From NCBI GenBank assembly GCA_964619725.1, contig CAZUFC010000009.1, forward strand, positions 1 through 64,000: a stretch of 64,000 nt of DNA, in the 5' to 3' direction. This document shows, piece after piece, positions 20,301 to 32,400 of this stretch. The position numbers and the translations under genes were made by a program. The notes under the pieces were generated by a model. That model was not told the DNA's origin. It ran no database searches and worked only from the letters and a program-made list of their open reading frames with translations. Position 1 is the stretch's first letter. The number at the start of each line of letters is the position of its first letter. Source of the stretch: an uncultured bacterium (GTDB lineage: Bacteria; CSSED10-310; CAZUFC01).

Positions 20301-20346
20301 GTAATTTGAAGTAATTCCAGAGATCGGAACGAATGAAATCTTTCAT
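11323..20346 (-). CDS. Giant secreted protein: signal peptide, dockerin-like EF-hand pair, NHL-type propeller, 17 PKD domains (three with inserted jelly-roll domains), second propeller, C-terminal FlgD-Ig-like domains
   Basis: GDINESGRVDGHDL and ADLNKDGFVNELDL; repeated W(V/A)AD..N..VVKL; 17 copies of (Y/F/W)xWD(F/Y)...LxVTD; FDDxE...GWxIDDV inserts; WDGKDDFG, WDGTTDDG and WNGESFNG at the C-terminus; SD AAGGGGG before ATG20346. Confidence 0.88.
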   Translation of the reverse strand: MKDFIRSDLWNYFKLPAWSPMALTLLMFCMLTSAVSSGQTGGIAGDINESGRVDGHDLWVFSLARDTQEGDPDFNPEADLNKDGFVNELDLAILSANFGFTGRGLFLWVSDTNNDEVVKLLLSSGDEKVRIDLCDGPISVSADNKSGAVWVACFNSHQVVKLSRTGEELCRISGFYYPRGVDVKEDTGDAWVADRNHNTVVKLDADVPDGYDISSDTGHHITITGFSYPFDVSVNQSNGFVWVADKNSGRIYSLYPDVPDQYDVGGDSGYHHVKGGFYDPSAVSVNPGDATCWAADSNHDQIVKIAPSGTFELIREGGFNYPRDVSVNPIDGSCWVADSGNDRVVKLDTSGNILFEVPGIDNPYSVCVDPRDGSCWVASYGDNDVIKILVSGMEVIRNEDFNRPHDVEIYYAEPPIGSPQAFSDVYPVRVQIGDEIIFDGWGVDEENELILYEWDFEGDGTYDWSSTENGYTTHSYSQNGVFNPVFRVTNEKYLSDISFSQHVRVGALQAFAEVEPSTGYAPLQVTFSGSFYDPIDGEAESYQWDFDGDGFYDSFQSANQNPKTKNHTYSAYGVYEAVLKVTDTGNVVAIDTVTVEVLKSEPTATASGSPLSGRIPITVSFTGSGSDADGSIVFYQWDFEDDGVFDWFSVSSGNIDHLYTDYGDITARFRVTDNDGQTADDTVELSFNSRRPFAYADADPTQGNAPLSVHFTGSGEDPDGNIILYQWDFDGDGDFDWSGFGDGNTIKVYQAPGEYDAVFKVTDNYYDTGTTSVHISVYPGDYPVPVAEADPEESFINDDVNLIGENSYDPNGTIELYEWDFDVTPALFDDMESDQSDWAAQSPWGRTNEDYHSAENCWTDSPEGNYGNNSNTALTSASFALPENPSGTVLSFWHRYETQSGNDYCYVEISTDGGQNWTTVTDYSGTQVAWIKAELDISAYDDQAEVQIRFRLNTNSSTTYDGWYIDDVKISQEFNADYTSVDQPNTTAAYAEPGTYHAALRVTDDDGNMVTDTAAVEVNAGKPDATAEADPEYGLAPLSVDLIGANSSDPNGTLTLYEWDYEYYFFFDDAENGPHQWRADPPWGIKDYDALSGTHSWSESPSGDYSADMNASLTSHSFSLAGGTTAELSFYYKLAADEEVDFNDTAYVEISTDGGEVWTELASYDYNDNTGDLWVQEAIDISSYSGSTDVILRFRFYSDGTGNDDGWTIDDVMITDGFTPDYTSPDTPDTSNVYENPGYNYAALRVTDDDGQTDVDIVRIHPQSNPVAEIVYPNDGEVLPAGEIVMMGRGHDEDGSIILYEWDFDGGGGYDWSSETTGTVVHEYTQAGLVNAWLRIRDDDNLIDETSVTFTLKKYPPVIESFTADPEEGAAPLAVQFEVAAHDYDGEIIQYEWDFDGDGTYDETTQSGETSYNYETPVTTNVIVRVTDDDDLKDTELTKVVVKPAGYPTASAEVNPPLGYVNQELEFNGTGTDVLPGMIVLYEWDFDGDDAYDWSSADTGMTTHAYTEPGAYEPKLRVTDDDGFQDTDTASVRVDYSGPGDGSVWTVNEGANTVHRYIAGLKEWEASGFSSPHGISVNPGDASVWTADSGNNQVVKLDAGGNEALRLDGFNQPEDTGTYHADGSCWISDAGNGQAILMDENGTELQRIGGFNVPKGIDVDQTDGSVWISDSGNNEIVKLATDGSELARIPGFDQPADVSVNQADGTCWVADTGAGEVVLLSADGSSELLRVSGFDQPDRVEAGADRRVWVCDEARGMIFQVLADGTLVSSVPLTAPSGTAWDAGSMSVWAIDYNDDVLIRLSAAGDPEFQITGLSAPWDVDVLPGFGAEDSPPEATATAIPLTGNAPLNVNFTGSGTDDGSIVAYQWDFNGDGLYDYMSMTDGDTSYVYDSPGIYNPVFRVTDDDGLHGYVTSIIIRVGPVTAWASADPLSGYGDLEVSFDGGGSSPFGDGTIHLYEWDFDSDGIYDWSSTTGAETTHTYSTGVWIPVLRVTDSMNNQATAVTQPIEVSAYPPTADFTVSPTSGSNPLTVSMNGDSESYDPDGTIVLWEWDYDGNGAYDYVSETTSDTSFTYTNIGVFPLTLRVTDNDGLTDTHSQDITVGNSPPVAHALADPQEGNAPLDVIFTGEVEDLENMIDLYEWDFGDSRVFFDDFESGSSQWQLQPTWGFIVGTAYSPTHSLTDSPWGDYYDYTDTSAISVNFNIPEGAAMLRFQHRHLLASGDHGYLYISTNGGSNWHQLADYTGNRASWTLTEIDISGYSGHADTKLRFRFTSNSSATSDGWFIDDVAVTAVTWDYSSTETGDTTHTYSQPGEYTATFRVTDHGGLTDTDTVRITVNSSGAPTAHADANPTWGGVPLIVNFSGTGTDADGEIIRYEWDFENDGVMDYFSTETGDTSHTYLEGGSYEAVLRVTDDDLLSDTDMVEISVGAPVAMPFAYPVSGTVPLTVQFVCNGEDEDGTIEHFYWDYDGNGSNDYHTRVPNARNYTFNSIGVYESRLTVVDNNGLSDSETITITVMPSYSEEPLAEAYADPVEGAPPLEVEFTGYGTDLDGTIELFEWDFDGDGTYDWSSETTGITAHTYENLGDFTATFRITDNDGLTGTDSVLIKVNVSGRPTAIAQADPLSGDSPLTVDFMGEGTDIDGTIELYEWDFDGDGTYDWSSEDSGYTSHTYTDPGNNEAVLRVTDNDGLSDTDRVSILVDMTLFAQRNKESFDPTLDQTVEIQSTLTGTCIVTLRIVNREVQHVRTLVDQELRQPGYYSDVWDGKDDFGQYAPSGAYFFIFDYVIDGTEYHFDLTGSAGSQIFPSVNYSSSYNPLEDDYLTATFHLSAPAEVTTYISPFSGGAQQRIRTINLREPVKSGPKVVVWDGTTDDGTVASFNQSYVMAVLMWALSDNAIIVASDPIVADISVEPNFYNPKNAYQLDPNAPCRFTYSLSKTSDIHVTVRNEDNRLANEFFLSEVDPGANVFYWNGESFNGRLMKDGIYHVGFRAEDQFGNRSDRIHGIMKVFY

Positions 20347-20460
20347 GATTTTCCCCCTTTGCATCCCATCTTTTTTGCAATATTGACAGCTAATGCATAA
20401 ATGTATACGTCCTTTCGATTTCCCATATATTTTTTTTATTCCTTAAATTTACTCCTTAAT

Positions 20461-23400
20461 TTATCGATTATTTTTTTTAAGAGTCATCAGTTTCACGAAG
20501 AAAGCTGACAGAATCATCATAAGTAAAAAGATACCTTGAGCGTTCAGAGCGGGTACCGGGGCCGGCGTGGGAACGATTGTGGGCGTGGAGGTATAATCGA
20601 GCGTGGGCGTGAGCGTAGGCGTCTCTGTATGGGTAGAGGTAGCCGTCGGCGACAGGGTAGGACTGGACGTAATCGTTGGCGTAAGCGTGGGAGTATATGA
20701 AGAACCGCTTGTGGCGGTGGGAGAGATCGTTACCGTCGGCGTTAAGGTGGGCGAGTAGGAAGGGGTATGCGTAGGAGAAAAAGTGAAGGTGGCCGTAGCT
20801 GTGCTTGTAGGGGAATAAGTGGGAGTGGCCGTCGGCGTCATGGTCGGACTGAGAGTCACGGTGGGCGTGGACGAGAAAGTGGGCGTCAGCGTAACCGTGG
20901 GGCTGAGCGTAACCGTAGGCGTCAGGGTCGGCGTGAAGGACCACAGCGGCGTGGGCGTCGCTGAAGGACTCGGCGTCATCGTAGGCGGCGGCGTTGCGCC
21001 CCAGGGATCGTAGTTGATGTTGTCTGAAACGGGTTGCCCGTTGGGATTCTCGTTAACCAGACTGCAATCGGGATTCCCCTCCGTCGAAACGTCGTGCGGC
21101 CCCCCGATATCTCCCCACCAGCAATCCAGAGCGTCCACACAGTAATCCGAAGCATTATAGGCAGCCCACGACTCATTGAAATAAAATTCATTTTCGTCGA
21201 TGCTCAGAACGCTTGCGCTCGCCGGGTCTACCCGGAAGCCGGTGTCGTTATCGTCAAACACATTTCCTGTTATGACCGTATTCAATTCAGCCGACGAATT
21301 TTCCACATAAACCAGGGCAGTCTTATGGTTGCGGAAATAATTGTTTTCTATAACCGGTTCTGAAGTGACCGATTGATAGTAAACGCCGTAACGTGTCGAG
21401 CTTCCGTAACCCTGGTTGCTGTCCGTGATGAGACAATTGGTGATGGTCGGTGATGATTCATAACACCAAACCATGTAATTGCGCCAGGTTTCTCCCGAAC
21501 CCGTATCGTCGTCACGCAACCCGCCGTACCGGATAATGCAGTTATCCAGTATGCTGTCTCCGGCATTGCTGTTGAACCTGATGTAACCCCAGTCGCCGCC
21601 GTCCGGAGTCGTCAGAAATCCGTCATAATTAGTATCGCCTCCGGCGTAATCATCCCTTATGGAAGTAAAGCAAATCGGCTCTTCATAGGTTCCGTCGGCA
21701 TGCAACGTGCCGTTGACCGTCAAACGCCGTGTGTACTGATACCCTCCGGAATAGTTTTCGTGATCGTATTCGAATTTGACGATTATGCCCGGATCAATGG
21801 TTAAGGCTGCATCAGACGCTACACTGATGTCCGAAACCAGGACATAAGGCATTCCTGACCCCTGAATATCTATCCAGGCGCCGGAAGCATCCTCTATAGT
21901 CCCTCCTGCAGCAACAGCTTCATACCTGTTGTTCTCAATTATGTTGTCGGAATATTCGGGGAAGGAGGCATCGAACTGTCCCAGCGGATAACCCGTATTG
22001 TCGATAACCGTATTTTGTGTGATGCTACAAAGACCGTCATAACAGTAAATGCCGTTCTTTCCGCTGGTGATCATGTTTCCGGATATTAATCCCTGGTCTG
22101 CATCTTCCACGCGTATCCCGTTATCCGCTCCCTCAATGAAATTGTCTGTTATGTCGGGATTGCCGTATTCCTGAATGGCCGAACGAACGAATATGCCGTT
22201 GCCGCATTCCGTCAGCACATTGTTCTTGACGACGGCCAATTGCGATATGGAACCGCAGTAAATTCCCCACGTCCCGCCGCCGCTGAACTCATTGTCTCTG
22301 ATCTCGCTCAGTAACGGAGGCCAGGCATTTTCATCTTCTGTGTAGTAAAATCCGTAGTGCCCATTTTCAATCACGTTGTCCGTGAAAATTACCTTCTCCG
22401 AAGCTTCCTGGAAATACACCGTTATTTTGGTTCCGCCGCCGTAAGACCGGTTGGCGTCCTTAAACAGGCAATTCGTGATGCTCGGAGCACACTGATAGCA
22501 CCAGACCATGTAGTTTCTCCAGGTTTCATAATATCCCGAATCATCGTCACGCAATCCTCCATACCTGATCTCACAGTATTCCATAACGCTGTCGGAGCTC
22601 CTTAATTTGATGTAACCCCAATCACCGTCCCTGGGCGTCGTATTACCGTAATCCGCATTCGTGTCTCCGCCGATTTCATCATCCCTGATGGACGTAAAAC
22701 ATATCGGCTGTTCCGCAGTTCCCTGGGCCGTCAATGTTCCGTTGGTTATCAGGCGTAATGTCCTGTCGTAACCTCCTGAGTATTCATAATGATCATAGTC
22801 GAGTTTCACTATCATTCCCGGATCGATCGTCAACGACGCATCGTAGTCGACTGCGACGTCTGATACGATCACGTAAGTCAATCCCAGTCCCTGAATATCA
22901 TGCCAGGTGATATCCGAAGTCATCGTGCCGCCGACCGCGACAGCGTACCTTCTGTTGTCGATTATAGTATTGTCCGCATAAACAGGGAAGGCATCTCCGA
23001 ATTGACCGAACGTATACCCTTCAGTATCTGAAATAACGTTTTCTGTGATCTCGGCATCGCTGTCCGTGCAATAAATGCCGTTATTCCCGCCCAATATCTG
23101 ATTATTCTGCACCAGGCAGGGATAACTGTCATAAATGTGAATCCCTGTTCCCGAACAATTGAGTATCGTATTATCGACCACATCCGGAGCGCCGTAGTCA
23201 ATGTTGTTGATGGCCGCTTTAACGTAAATTCCGTTCTCTCCGTCCGTTATCACATTCTCCGCTAATTCCGTCATGTGAGATACAGGCGTGCAATAAATGC
23301 CCCAATTCTCGGCTCCGGTAATATCGTTTCCGGTTATTACCGTCTGGAGCGGCGGCCAGGCGAATGTATTTTCGCTGTAATACAATCCGTAATCTCCGTT

Positions 23401-26400
23401 GATCAATTCATTGTCCGTGAAGACGACCGGTTGCGTGACCGACTGATAATATACGGCGATGTGCGATCCTGAACCGTAAGACCTGTTCGAATCTTTAAAG
23501 ACCGAATTGGTGATGGAAGGCGCACATTCATAACACCATATCATGTAATTTCGCCAGCTTTCGCCGCTGCCTGCATCATCATCCCGCAACCCGCCGTAAC
23601 GAACTTCGCAATAATCCATCGCGCTCGCGGAATCATAAAGCATTATGTAACCCCAGTCGCCGTCCCGCGGCGATGTCAACGGACCGTCTCTGTTCGTGTC
23701 TCCTCCGATCGTATCGTCACGCATGGAAGTAAAGTATATCCTGTTGTTTTCCGTTCCCAGCGCCTCCATTACGCCATGCACGATCAACCTTGACGTATAC
23801 TGATATCCGTCGCTGTATGTCGAATGATCATATTCGAATTTCACGACGGTTCCCGGTTCGATGGTCAAGGTCGCAGTCGAACAGATTGAAACGTCGTGAT
23901 CGATAACGTAAGGACCGTTTGCAGCCGTCCACGTCGTATCTTCGCATATTTCGCCGGTGATGATCGTTCCTTCGGCCGGTGTACCCGCAGGCGTCTGACT
24001 CGGCATTACCGTCGGCACAACTGTCGGCTCCGGCGTCCCCGGCGTCGGGACCGTCGTCGCCGTTCCCGTCGGCGCAGGAGTATGCGTCGGTCCAGGCGAA
24101 TAGGTGCCGGTCGGAACTTCCGTTGGTTCAGCCGTCGGCGTAGGAGTGGGCGTCGGCGGCACAACATCGGTCCAGGGATCATATTGGACGTAATCGCTTA
24201 CCGCATCCCCGGCATCATTGTCGTTGACTCCGCCGCACCATTCTCCGACATCCGAATCATCATCCGGACCGTTCACGTCTCCCCACCAGTTCAACGCGGC
24301 ATAAACGCACACATCTACGCCGTTGTGGATCGCCCAATCCGTATTGCCTGAAAATTCGTTGCCCGTTGCGATGAAATTATGCTCCTGATTGAGGTCCAAA
24401 TACAGGCCGGTCGAGTTGTTATAGAAATAGTCATGCCTTATCCTCGTTTCCAGCGGAGGCCACAGGTCATCGGCTTCTCTGAAGTAAAGGGCTGTTTCAT
24501 GGTCTTCAAGAAGATTATTCTCAAACAGAACCGGTTCCGATACATCCTGGAAATACACGCCGATATGCGTTCCTCCTCCTATGCTCCTGTTCGAATGCAT
24601 GATCCGGCAATTGGAAATCAACGGAGATGCCTGATAACACCATATCATGTAGTTCCGCCAGCTTTCGCCGCTGCCGCCGTCGTCATCACGCAATCCCCCG
24701 TAACGGATCACGCATCGATCAAGAATACTGCCGGAGTCGTCCAATCTAATGTATCCCCAATCTCCGCCTGCAGGCGTCGTCGCCGATCCGTCTGCATTTG
24801 TATCGCCGCCTACGGAATCGTCGCGGACTGAAGTAAAATAAATCGGATTCTCTGTCGTACCCTGCGCGTTCAGTATGCCGTTTGCAATTAAGCGAATCGT
24901 GTATTGATATCCTCCAGAATAATTTTCATGATCATATTCCAGTTTAACTGCGATTCCCGGTTCTATGTTGAGTATTCCATCGTCTTCAATGGTGAGGGTT
25001 TCCGTAACTACGAAGGGCCAGCCGAGTCCCTGGACATCGTACCAGTTCGTTTCCTGACCGATGGTTTTTCCTGTCGCTATAGCTTTGTACTCCATGCCCC
25101 ACATTCCATTGCCTTCAAATACCGGGTTCCCGTGCCCGAACCAGGCCAGAGGATAATTTTCATTGTCCAGAATCAGATTATCAACGACCTCACAAGAGCT
25201 GTCGTTAAGATAAATGCCGTACCCGCAGCGGTCAAGCGTATTCATGCCGACCGGTTCAGAACCCGCTTCGACGATATAAATTCCCGTCCTCGTATCGTAC
25301 ATTTCGTTCCATTCTACGGGAGGAACGCCGTAAGGCTCGCCGGCCCGCAAAGCATTAACGTAAATTCCGCCATCCTGATCGAAAATAAGGTTGCCGGATA
25401 TATTCCCCTGATGAGATGTCCTGCCGCCGTAAAACGCCCAGTCGCTTCCGCCGTAAATAACATTATCCGTGATTTCGACCGTTGGAATAGGCCAGACATC
25501 TTCCTCTTCCCAGTAGTAAATGCCGTATCCCCCGTTCATTATGACATTATCGGAGAACACGACGTCTCCATCCGCGTTGTCGTAATAAACCGTGCAGAAT
25601 GGTCCTCCGCCGTAACTTCTGTTGGAATCCAGGAATGTGCAGTTCGTGAAGTCCGGCGCTGAATGATAACACCAGATCATGTAGTCGCGCCAGTTTTCTC
25701 CGGAACCGCCGTCGTCGTCCCTGAGTCCGCCGTACCTGAATTCACAGTATTCGAAGTTGTTTTCAGAGTTGTCTATCCTGATGTAACCCCAGTCTCCGTC
25801 ACGCGGGGTCGTCTCCGCACCGTCGCCGTTCGTGTCGCCCATAACCGTGTCGTCCCGCATGGACGTAAAGTATACGGGCTGCTCCGGCGTTCCTTGAGTT
25901 TCAAGAATACCCTTGATGAACAGGCGACTGGTGTATTGATAACCCCCCGAATAATTTTCATGATCGTAAAAGAACTTCAGGGCCAGGCCGGGTTCGAGAG
26001 CGACCGTTGCGCCGTTGTCTATAGTCAACGTCCCGTCGATCACATAAGCTAATTCCAATCCCTGCACTTTCGTCCATTCGCCGTCCTTTTCGATCGTTCC
26101 GCCCAAAACAATACCCGAGTATCTGTTTCGCTCGATCGTGTTGCCGACGTAAGTCGGGAAGGATGAATCGAACTGGCCGAAGGGATACCCTGAATTATCC
26201 GCTACTGTATTGCCCATGAGGACGCAATCGGAATCATAACAGTAAATTCCATTGACGCAATCCATGATCGTATTTTCATAAATGTATCCTTCACCGCCGT
26301 CCTGCGTCTGTATGGCGATCCCGCAGCCTGTTATTTCATTGTATGCTATATCAGGAATGCCGTACGGCGCATACCAGAGGATAGCATCCACATACATGCC

Positions 26401-29400
26401 GTAATCGCAGTCGGTGATCGTATTGTTCATTATTTCGGCATCCATGGAGATGTCGTTGCAATAAAGGGCCCAGTGGTTGCATCCATGCATTACGTTATTG
26501 TTAATACGACTTTCCAAAGGCGGCCAGTAGGCTTCGTCTTCATTGTAATACAGACCGTAATCTCCGTTTTGTATCTCATTGTTCTCGAAAATTACCGGTT
26601 CTGAAACCCTCTGATAATAAACCGCAATATAAGGACTCGAACCGTAGGACCTGTTCGCGTCGATGAATCGGCTGTTGGTGATTGCAGGCGAACACTCATA
26701 ACACCATACCATGTAATCATGCCACGTTTCGCTGCTGCCGGAATTGTCGTCTCTCAACCCGCCGTACCTCACATCACAATAATCCATCACGGAATCTGAA
26801 TTATAGAGTCGTATGTAACCCCAATCGCCGTCCCGCGGCGCCGTGTCGTTCCCGTCTCGGTTGGTGTCTCCTCCAACCGAATCGTCCCTGATTGATGTGA
26901 AGTAAATCCGGTTTTCTTCCGTTCCCTCAGCGATCATAACTCCATGGACGATCAGTCGTTTCGTATACTGATAACCGCTGCTGTAAGTCGAATGGTCATA
27001 TTCAAATTTGACCACCACGCCCGGGTCTACGGTCAACGTCGCCGTTTCGCAGATGCTCACGTCATCATCAATCACGTAGGGACTGCCGGCCTGCGTCCAG
27101 GTCGTATCTTCGCATATTTCGCCGGAAAGATGAGTTCCTTCCGCAGGAGTAGGCCAGGGCGTTTCCGTCGGCTCAACAGTAGCCGTTGCAAATGCCGTCG
27201 GCGTAATGCTTCCCGCAGAAGTCGGCGTCATCGTCGGAGGTTCCGTCGGCGCCGGAGTCGACGTCGGCTCAGGCGTATAAGTCGAAGTCGGTACCTCTGT
27301 CGGGGCTTGCGTTCCTAAAGGCGTCGGCGTCGCCGGCTCAATCGATCTCCACGGAACATAGTCTACATAATCGCTTACCGAATCGCCTCCGTCGTTGTCG
27401 TTAACCGAACCGCACCACTCGCCCAGGTCGGAATCGTCGTCAGGGCCGCTGACGTCGCCCCACCAGTTGTTCTCCGCTATGACGCACACTTCCGTTATAT
27501 TGTCCAGCCCCCATTCCGCATTACCGGCAAATTCATTATCCGTTATCACGACATCCGTATACTCACTGGGCCTTAAATAAAGCCCTATGTTGGAATTATG
27601 AAATTTGCATTCCTGAATCACGCTCTCCAGCGGCGGCCATACCGAATCCGCTTCACGGTAATACATGGCCGTTTGATGATTGGACAGATAGTTGCCTGTA
27701 AACTCAATCGGTTCGGTTATGTTCTCGAAATAAACCCCGAACCGGCTCCCGCCGCCGTAATTCGTGTTGGAATCCGAAATGATGCAGTTCGTTATCGCCG
27801 GCGATGCCTGATAACACCACACCATGTAATTCCGCCAGGATTCGTTGTACCCGCCGTCATCGTCCCGTAATCCTCCGTAACGTATTATACAATGGTCCAA
27901 CACGCTGTCGGAATCCCGCAACATGACGTATCCCCAGTCTCCGCCGTTGGGCGTCGTAAAAGAATCGTCGTTGTTTGTATCGCCCGCTATGGAATCGTCC
28001 CGGATTGACGTGAAATATATCGGCTCTTCCGCAGTTCCGTCCGCATTCAATATGCCGTATGCACTCAATCTCGAAGTGTACTGATAACCGCCGGAATAAC
28101 TGCCGTGATCATAAGCGAATTTTACGACCGTACCCGCAGGAATGGTCAATACTCCCCCGTAATCCACCGTAACCGTATCCAGTACCACTGTGGGATAACC
28201 CAGTCCCTGTATGTCATGCCATTCCACCTCATAATCGATCTCTCCGCCCACCGCTACCGCCGGATACAAGTTGCCCCATATTCCGTTATACTCGAACGTC
28301 GGACTACCGTCGCCGTAACGGTATATGGGATAACCGTCGTTATAAACGAACATATTGCCTGTGATCAGCGATGACGATTCATTCAGAAATATCCCGTAAT
28401 CGCTTCCCTCAACGATATTATCGGCTATCAGACTCTCGCCGGCATTATAAAGTTGTATGCCTGCAGCGGAATCATATATTTCGTTCCTCAATATCGGAGG
28501 AGCGCCGTAGAGTTCGCCTGCCAGGGTCGAATTGACGTATATTCCTCCGCCCTGCTCGTAAACCACATTGTCCGCAACCTGCGACAGATGGGATATGTCC
28601 TCGCAGTAAATGCCCCAGTTGTTCCCACCGTGAATGACGTTGTTCGACAGGTCTGAAGCGAACGGCGGCCAGGCATCGCTCGATTCATGGTAATATAAAC
28701 CGTAATCGCCGTTAATGATGATATTGTCCGTAAAGATGACAGGTTCTTCAATATTGTCGTAATAAACCGTGTAAAACGGAGACCCGCCGTAGCTCCTGTT
28801 AGAGTCCATGAAAATACAATTTCGGAATTCCGGGGAAGAATGATAGCACCAGACCATGTAATCTCGCCACGTCTCGCCGTATCCGTGATCATCGTCATGC
28901 AGTCCTCCATACCGGAATTCGCAATATTCGAAAGAATTGTCCGAATTGTAAATCCTGATGTATCCCCAGTCGCCGTCGCGGGGTGTCGTAAGAGGTCCGT
29001 CGCCGTTAGTGTCTCCGTAAACCGTGTCGTCGCGTTCCGATGTAAAATAGACATGCTGCTCGGATGTCGCCTGCGCATCGAGTATACCCCTGACGAACAT
29101 CCGGGGCGTATACTGATATCCGCTGGAATAGCTGCCATGATCATATCTGAATTTGACGGCCATGCCCGGAACGATTGCCAAGGTCGTCCCTTCTTCAATC
29201 GTCAGATCGCCCGTTACGACATACGCCAGTCCCAGGTCCTCTACGTCGTACCACAATCCGTCTTCGCTTATGGAGCCGCTCGTCGCAATACCCCAATGCC
29301 TGTTGTCGGCGATATTATTATCGTAATAATAGGGGAAAGAATTCCCGAACTGACCGAGAGGATAACCGGTGTTGCCGGCAATCGTGTTTTCCTCTATGAT

Positions 29401-32400
29401 GCAATGCGAATCATAACAGTATATTCCGTTGCCGCCGTCCGTTATCTCGTTCATGTATATCCAGGCATAATCGCCGTAATGGACTTCGATTCCCGTTCCG
29501 GTTCCGCTGATGACGTTATACGTTATATCAGGAACGGAATAAGGATCGCCTGGAGGCGAACTTTTAACATAAATTCCGTCGTCGCAATCCGTTATTTCAT
29601 TACCGCTTATCTGCCCCATCATGGATATGGACGGACAGTAAATCGCCCAATTGTTGCACCCCATCATGGCGTTGCCGGATATGTCGGGCTCCAGCGGAGG
29701 CCAACCCGCGTCGCCTTCCGTGTAATACAGCCCGTAATCTCCGTTATCAATAGTATTGCCGTTGAACTGAATCGATTCCGTTACGGAATGATAATAAACC
29801 GAGATGTAACTTCCTGAACCGTAGGATCGATTCGAATCGATGATATTTGTATTGGTGATCGCCGGAGAAGACTGATAACACCAAATCGAATAACACCGCC
29901 AGCTTTCGCCGCTGCCCGAATCGTCGTCCCTCAATCCCCCGTACCTGACTTCGCAATAATCCATAACGCTGCTGGAATCGAATAACCTGATGTAAGCCCA
30001 GTCGCCGTCGCGAGGCGTCGTCGCCGGACCGTCGCCGTTGGTGTCGCCCGCAACCGTGTCGTCGCGTATCGACGTGAAATAAATCCTGTCTGATTCTGTA
30101 CCCTGGGCATCAAGTACGCCGTTCACTATCAGACGTTTCGTATACTGATACCCGCTGCTGTATGTGGAATGATCATATTCGAATTTTACTACTACCCCGG
30201 GATCGACGGTTAATGTCGCCGTCTCGCATATAGTCACGTCATCATCAATGATATAAGGACTGCCAGCGATGTCCCACGTTGTGTCTTCACATATCTCTCC
30301 GGAAACATGAGTCCCGGGCGCCGGCGTATTAATCGGCGTCTCCGTCGGTATTACCGTTGAAGTGGGTTCCGGGGTCGCCGTCATTACACTCATCGTCGCC
30401 GTCGGCGGCTCCGTAGGCTCCGTCGTGGCCGTGGGGGCAGGCGTATGGACCGGCGTCGCCGTGCTCTCCGGCGTCGGCGTCGGCGGCTCATCGGTCGTCC
30501 AGGGTACATAATCCACGTAATCGCTTACTGCTTCCCCGGCATCATTGTCGTTGACCGAACCGCACCATTCGCCTGCGTCCGAATCGTCGTCCGGACCGCC
30601 GGCATCGCCCCACCAGTTGTTCTCCGCCTTTATGCATATCTCCTCGCCGTTATTCAACGCCCAATCCGTATGACCGGAAAATTCGTTGCCGGTAATCGAC
30701 AATTCCGTATTTGTAAACGGCTCTAAATAAATGCCCGTGTAATTGTCTGAGAAATAATTTCCCGTTATCTCACTTTCAAGCGGAGGCCATATCGAATCAT
30801 CCTCGCGATAGTCCAGCGCCGTCTCATGATCATGCAGAACGTTGTTCGCAAAATGCACGTCCTCATACACGCTTTCATAATAAACGCCTTTCCTCGTCGA
30901 TCCGCCGTATCCCGTATTGGAATGGGAAATAATACAATTCGATATGGCGGGCGAAGCCCCGTAACACCATATCATGTAATTCCGCCAGGATTCGCCGGAA
31001 CCGCCGTCATCATCGCGCAATCCGCCGTAACGAATGATGCAATGATCCAGCACGGAGTCGTTATCGCTTAAACGCATATATCCCCAGTCACCGCCTGCTG
31101 GAGTCGTGAATGCGCCGTCGCTGTTTGTGTCGCCGGCGACCGAATCGTCTCGTACGGAAGTGAAGTATATGGGCTGATCTTCCGTTCCCTGGGCATTAAG
31201 TATTCCATTTGCGAACATGCGTAATGTCGAATCGTATCCTCCGGAATATTCGTAATGGTTGTAATCGAACTTGATCACTACACCCGGCTCTATGTTTAGC
31301 GTTCCGCTTGAATCGATCGTCAACGTTTGCGTGATTACGAACGGCCGCCTCATCTCCTGAACGTCATACCATGTGACCTCATCATCTATCTCGCCGCCCG
31401 TCGCTATTCCAGGATACTGATTGTCCTGAATAATGTTGCCGCTGAATGTCGGAACGCCGTCTCCGAACCATCCCAATCCATATTGGTCGTTGTTGATGAT
31501 TATATTGTCAGTAACGACCGACGAAGAATCCTCAAGATACAGTCCATAACCGCAGTTCTCTATTAAATTCATGGATACGATGCTCTCCGCGCCGTTTTTT
31601 ATTTTCAATCCCGCTCCCGCATTATAAATTTCGTTCCATTGAACCGCCGCCGCTCCATACGGAGCATACGACAAAGCGCTATTCACATAAAAGCCGTATC
31701 CCTGGTCCTGAATGAGATTATTCACTATCTGTCCGGTGTGGGAAATTCTGTCGCAATATATACCCCAATGATTGCCGCCCATTATGACGTTATTGGAAAT
31801 ATCCGACTCCGGCGGAGGCCATATGCCGGTGTTTTCACGATAATAGACGCCGTATCCGCCTTCGAGTATAACATTGTCCGTGAACAGGCACGTGTCTGTG
31901 ACGTTGTCGAAAAATACGGTAATGAAGGATGATCCGCCATAGCTGACGTTGGAATCCGTGAAGATGCAATTCGTGAACGATGCGGCGCCCTCATATATCC
32001 AGACCATGTAATCGCGCCAGGTTTCGCCGGAACCTCCGCTGTCGTCCCTCAAACCGCCGTAACGGAATATGCAATGTTCGAGCTGATTGTTCTCCCCGGA
32101 CAACCTGACATAACCCCAGTCTCCGTCGCGAGGATGCGTCAGTCCGCCGTCCCCGTTGGTATCCCCTATCGCTTCATCATCCCTGATCGAAGTGAAGTAG
32201 ATGGGGTCCGCTTCAGTTCCTCTCGCATCCAGGTTGCCGTGAGCGATCATTCTTAATGTATATTGGTAACCGCCGGAATACGTTCCGTGATCGTAATCGA
32301 GTTTCACAACCGTTCCGGGCTCCATCGTCAACGTCGCATCCGATCCTACCGTCAAGGTCGATATCACTGCATAAGCGACTTCATCCAATCCATACCAATG

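Noticed and set aside
20560-21000. CRISPR-like or DNA-level tandem array in the Pro/Thr tracts (also 57830-58030)
   Set aside because: These are in-frame low-complexity codons with variable third positions, not identical repeats with spacers.
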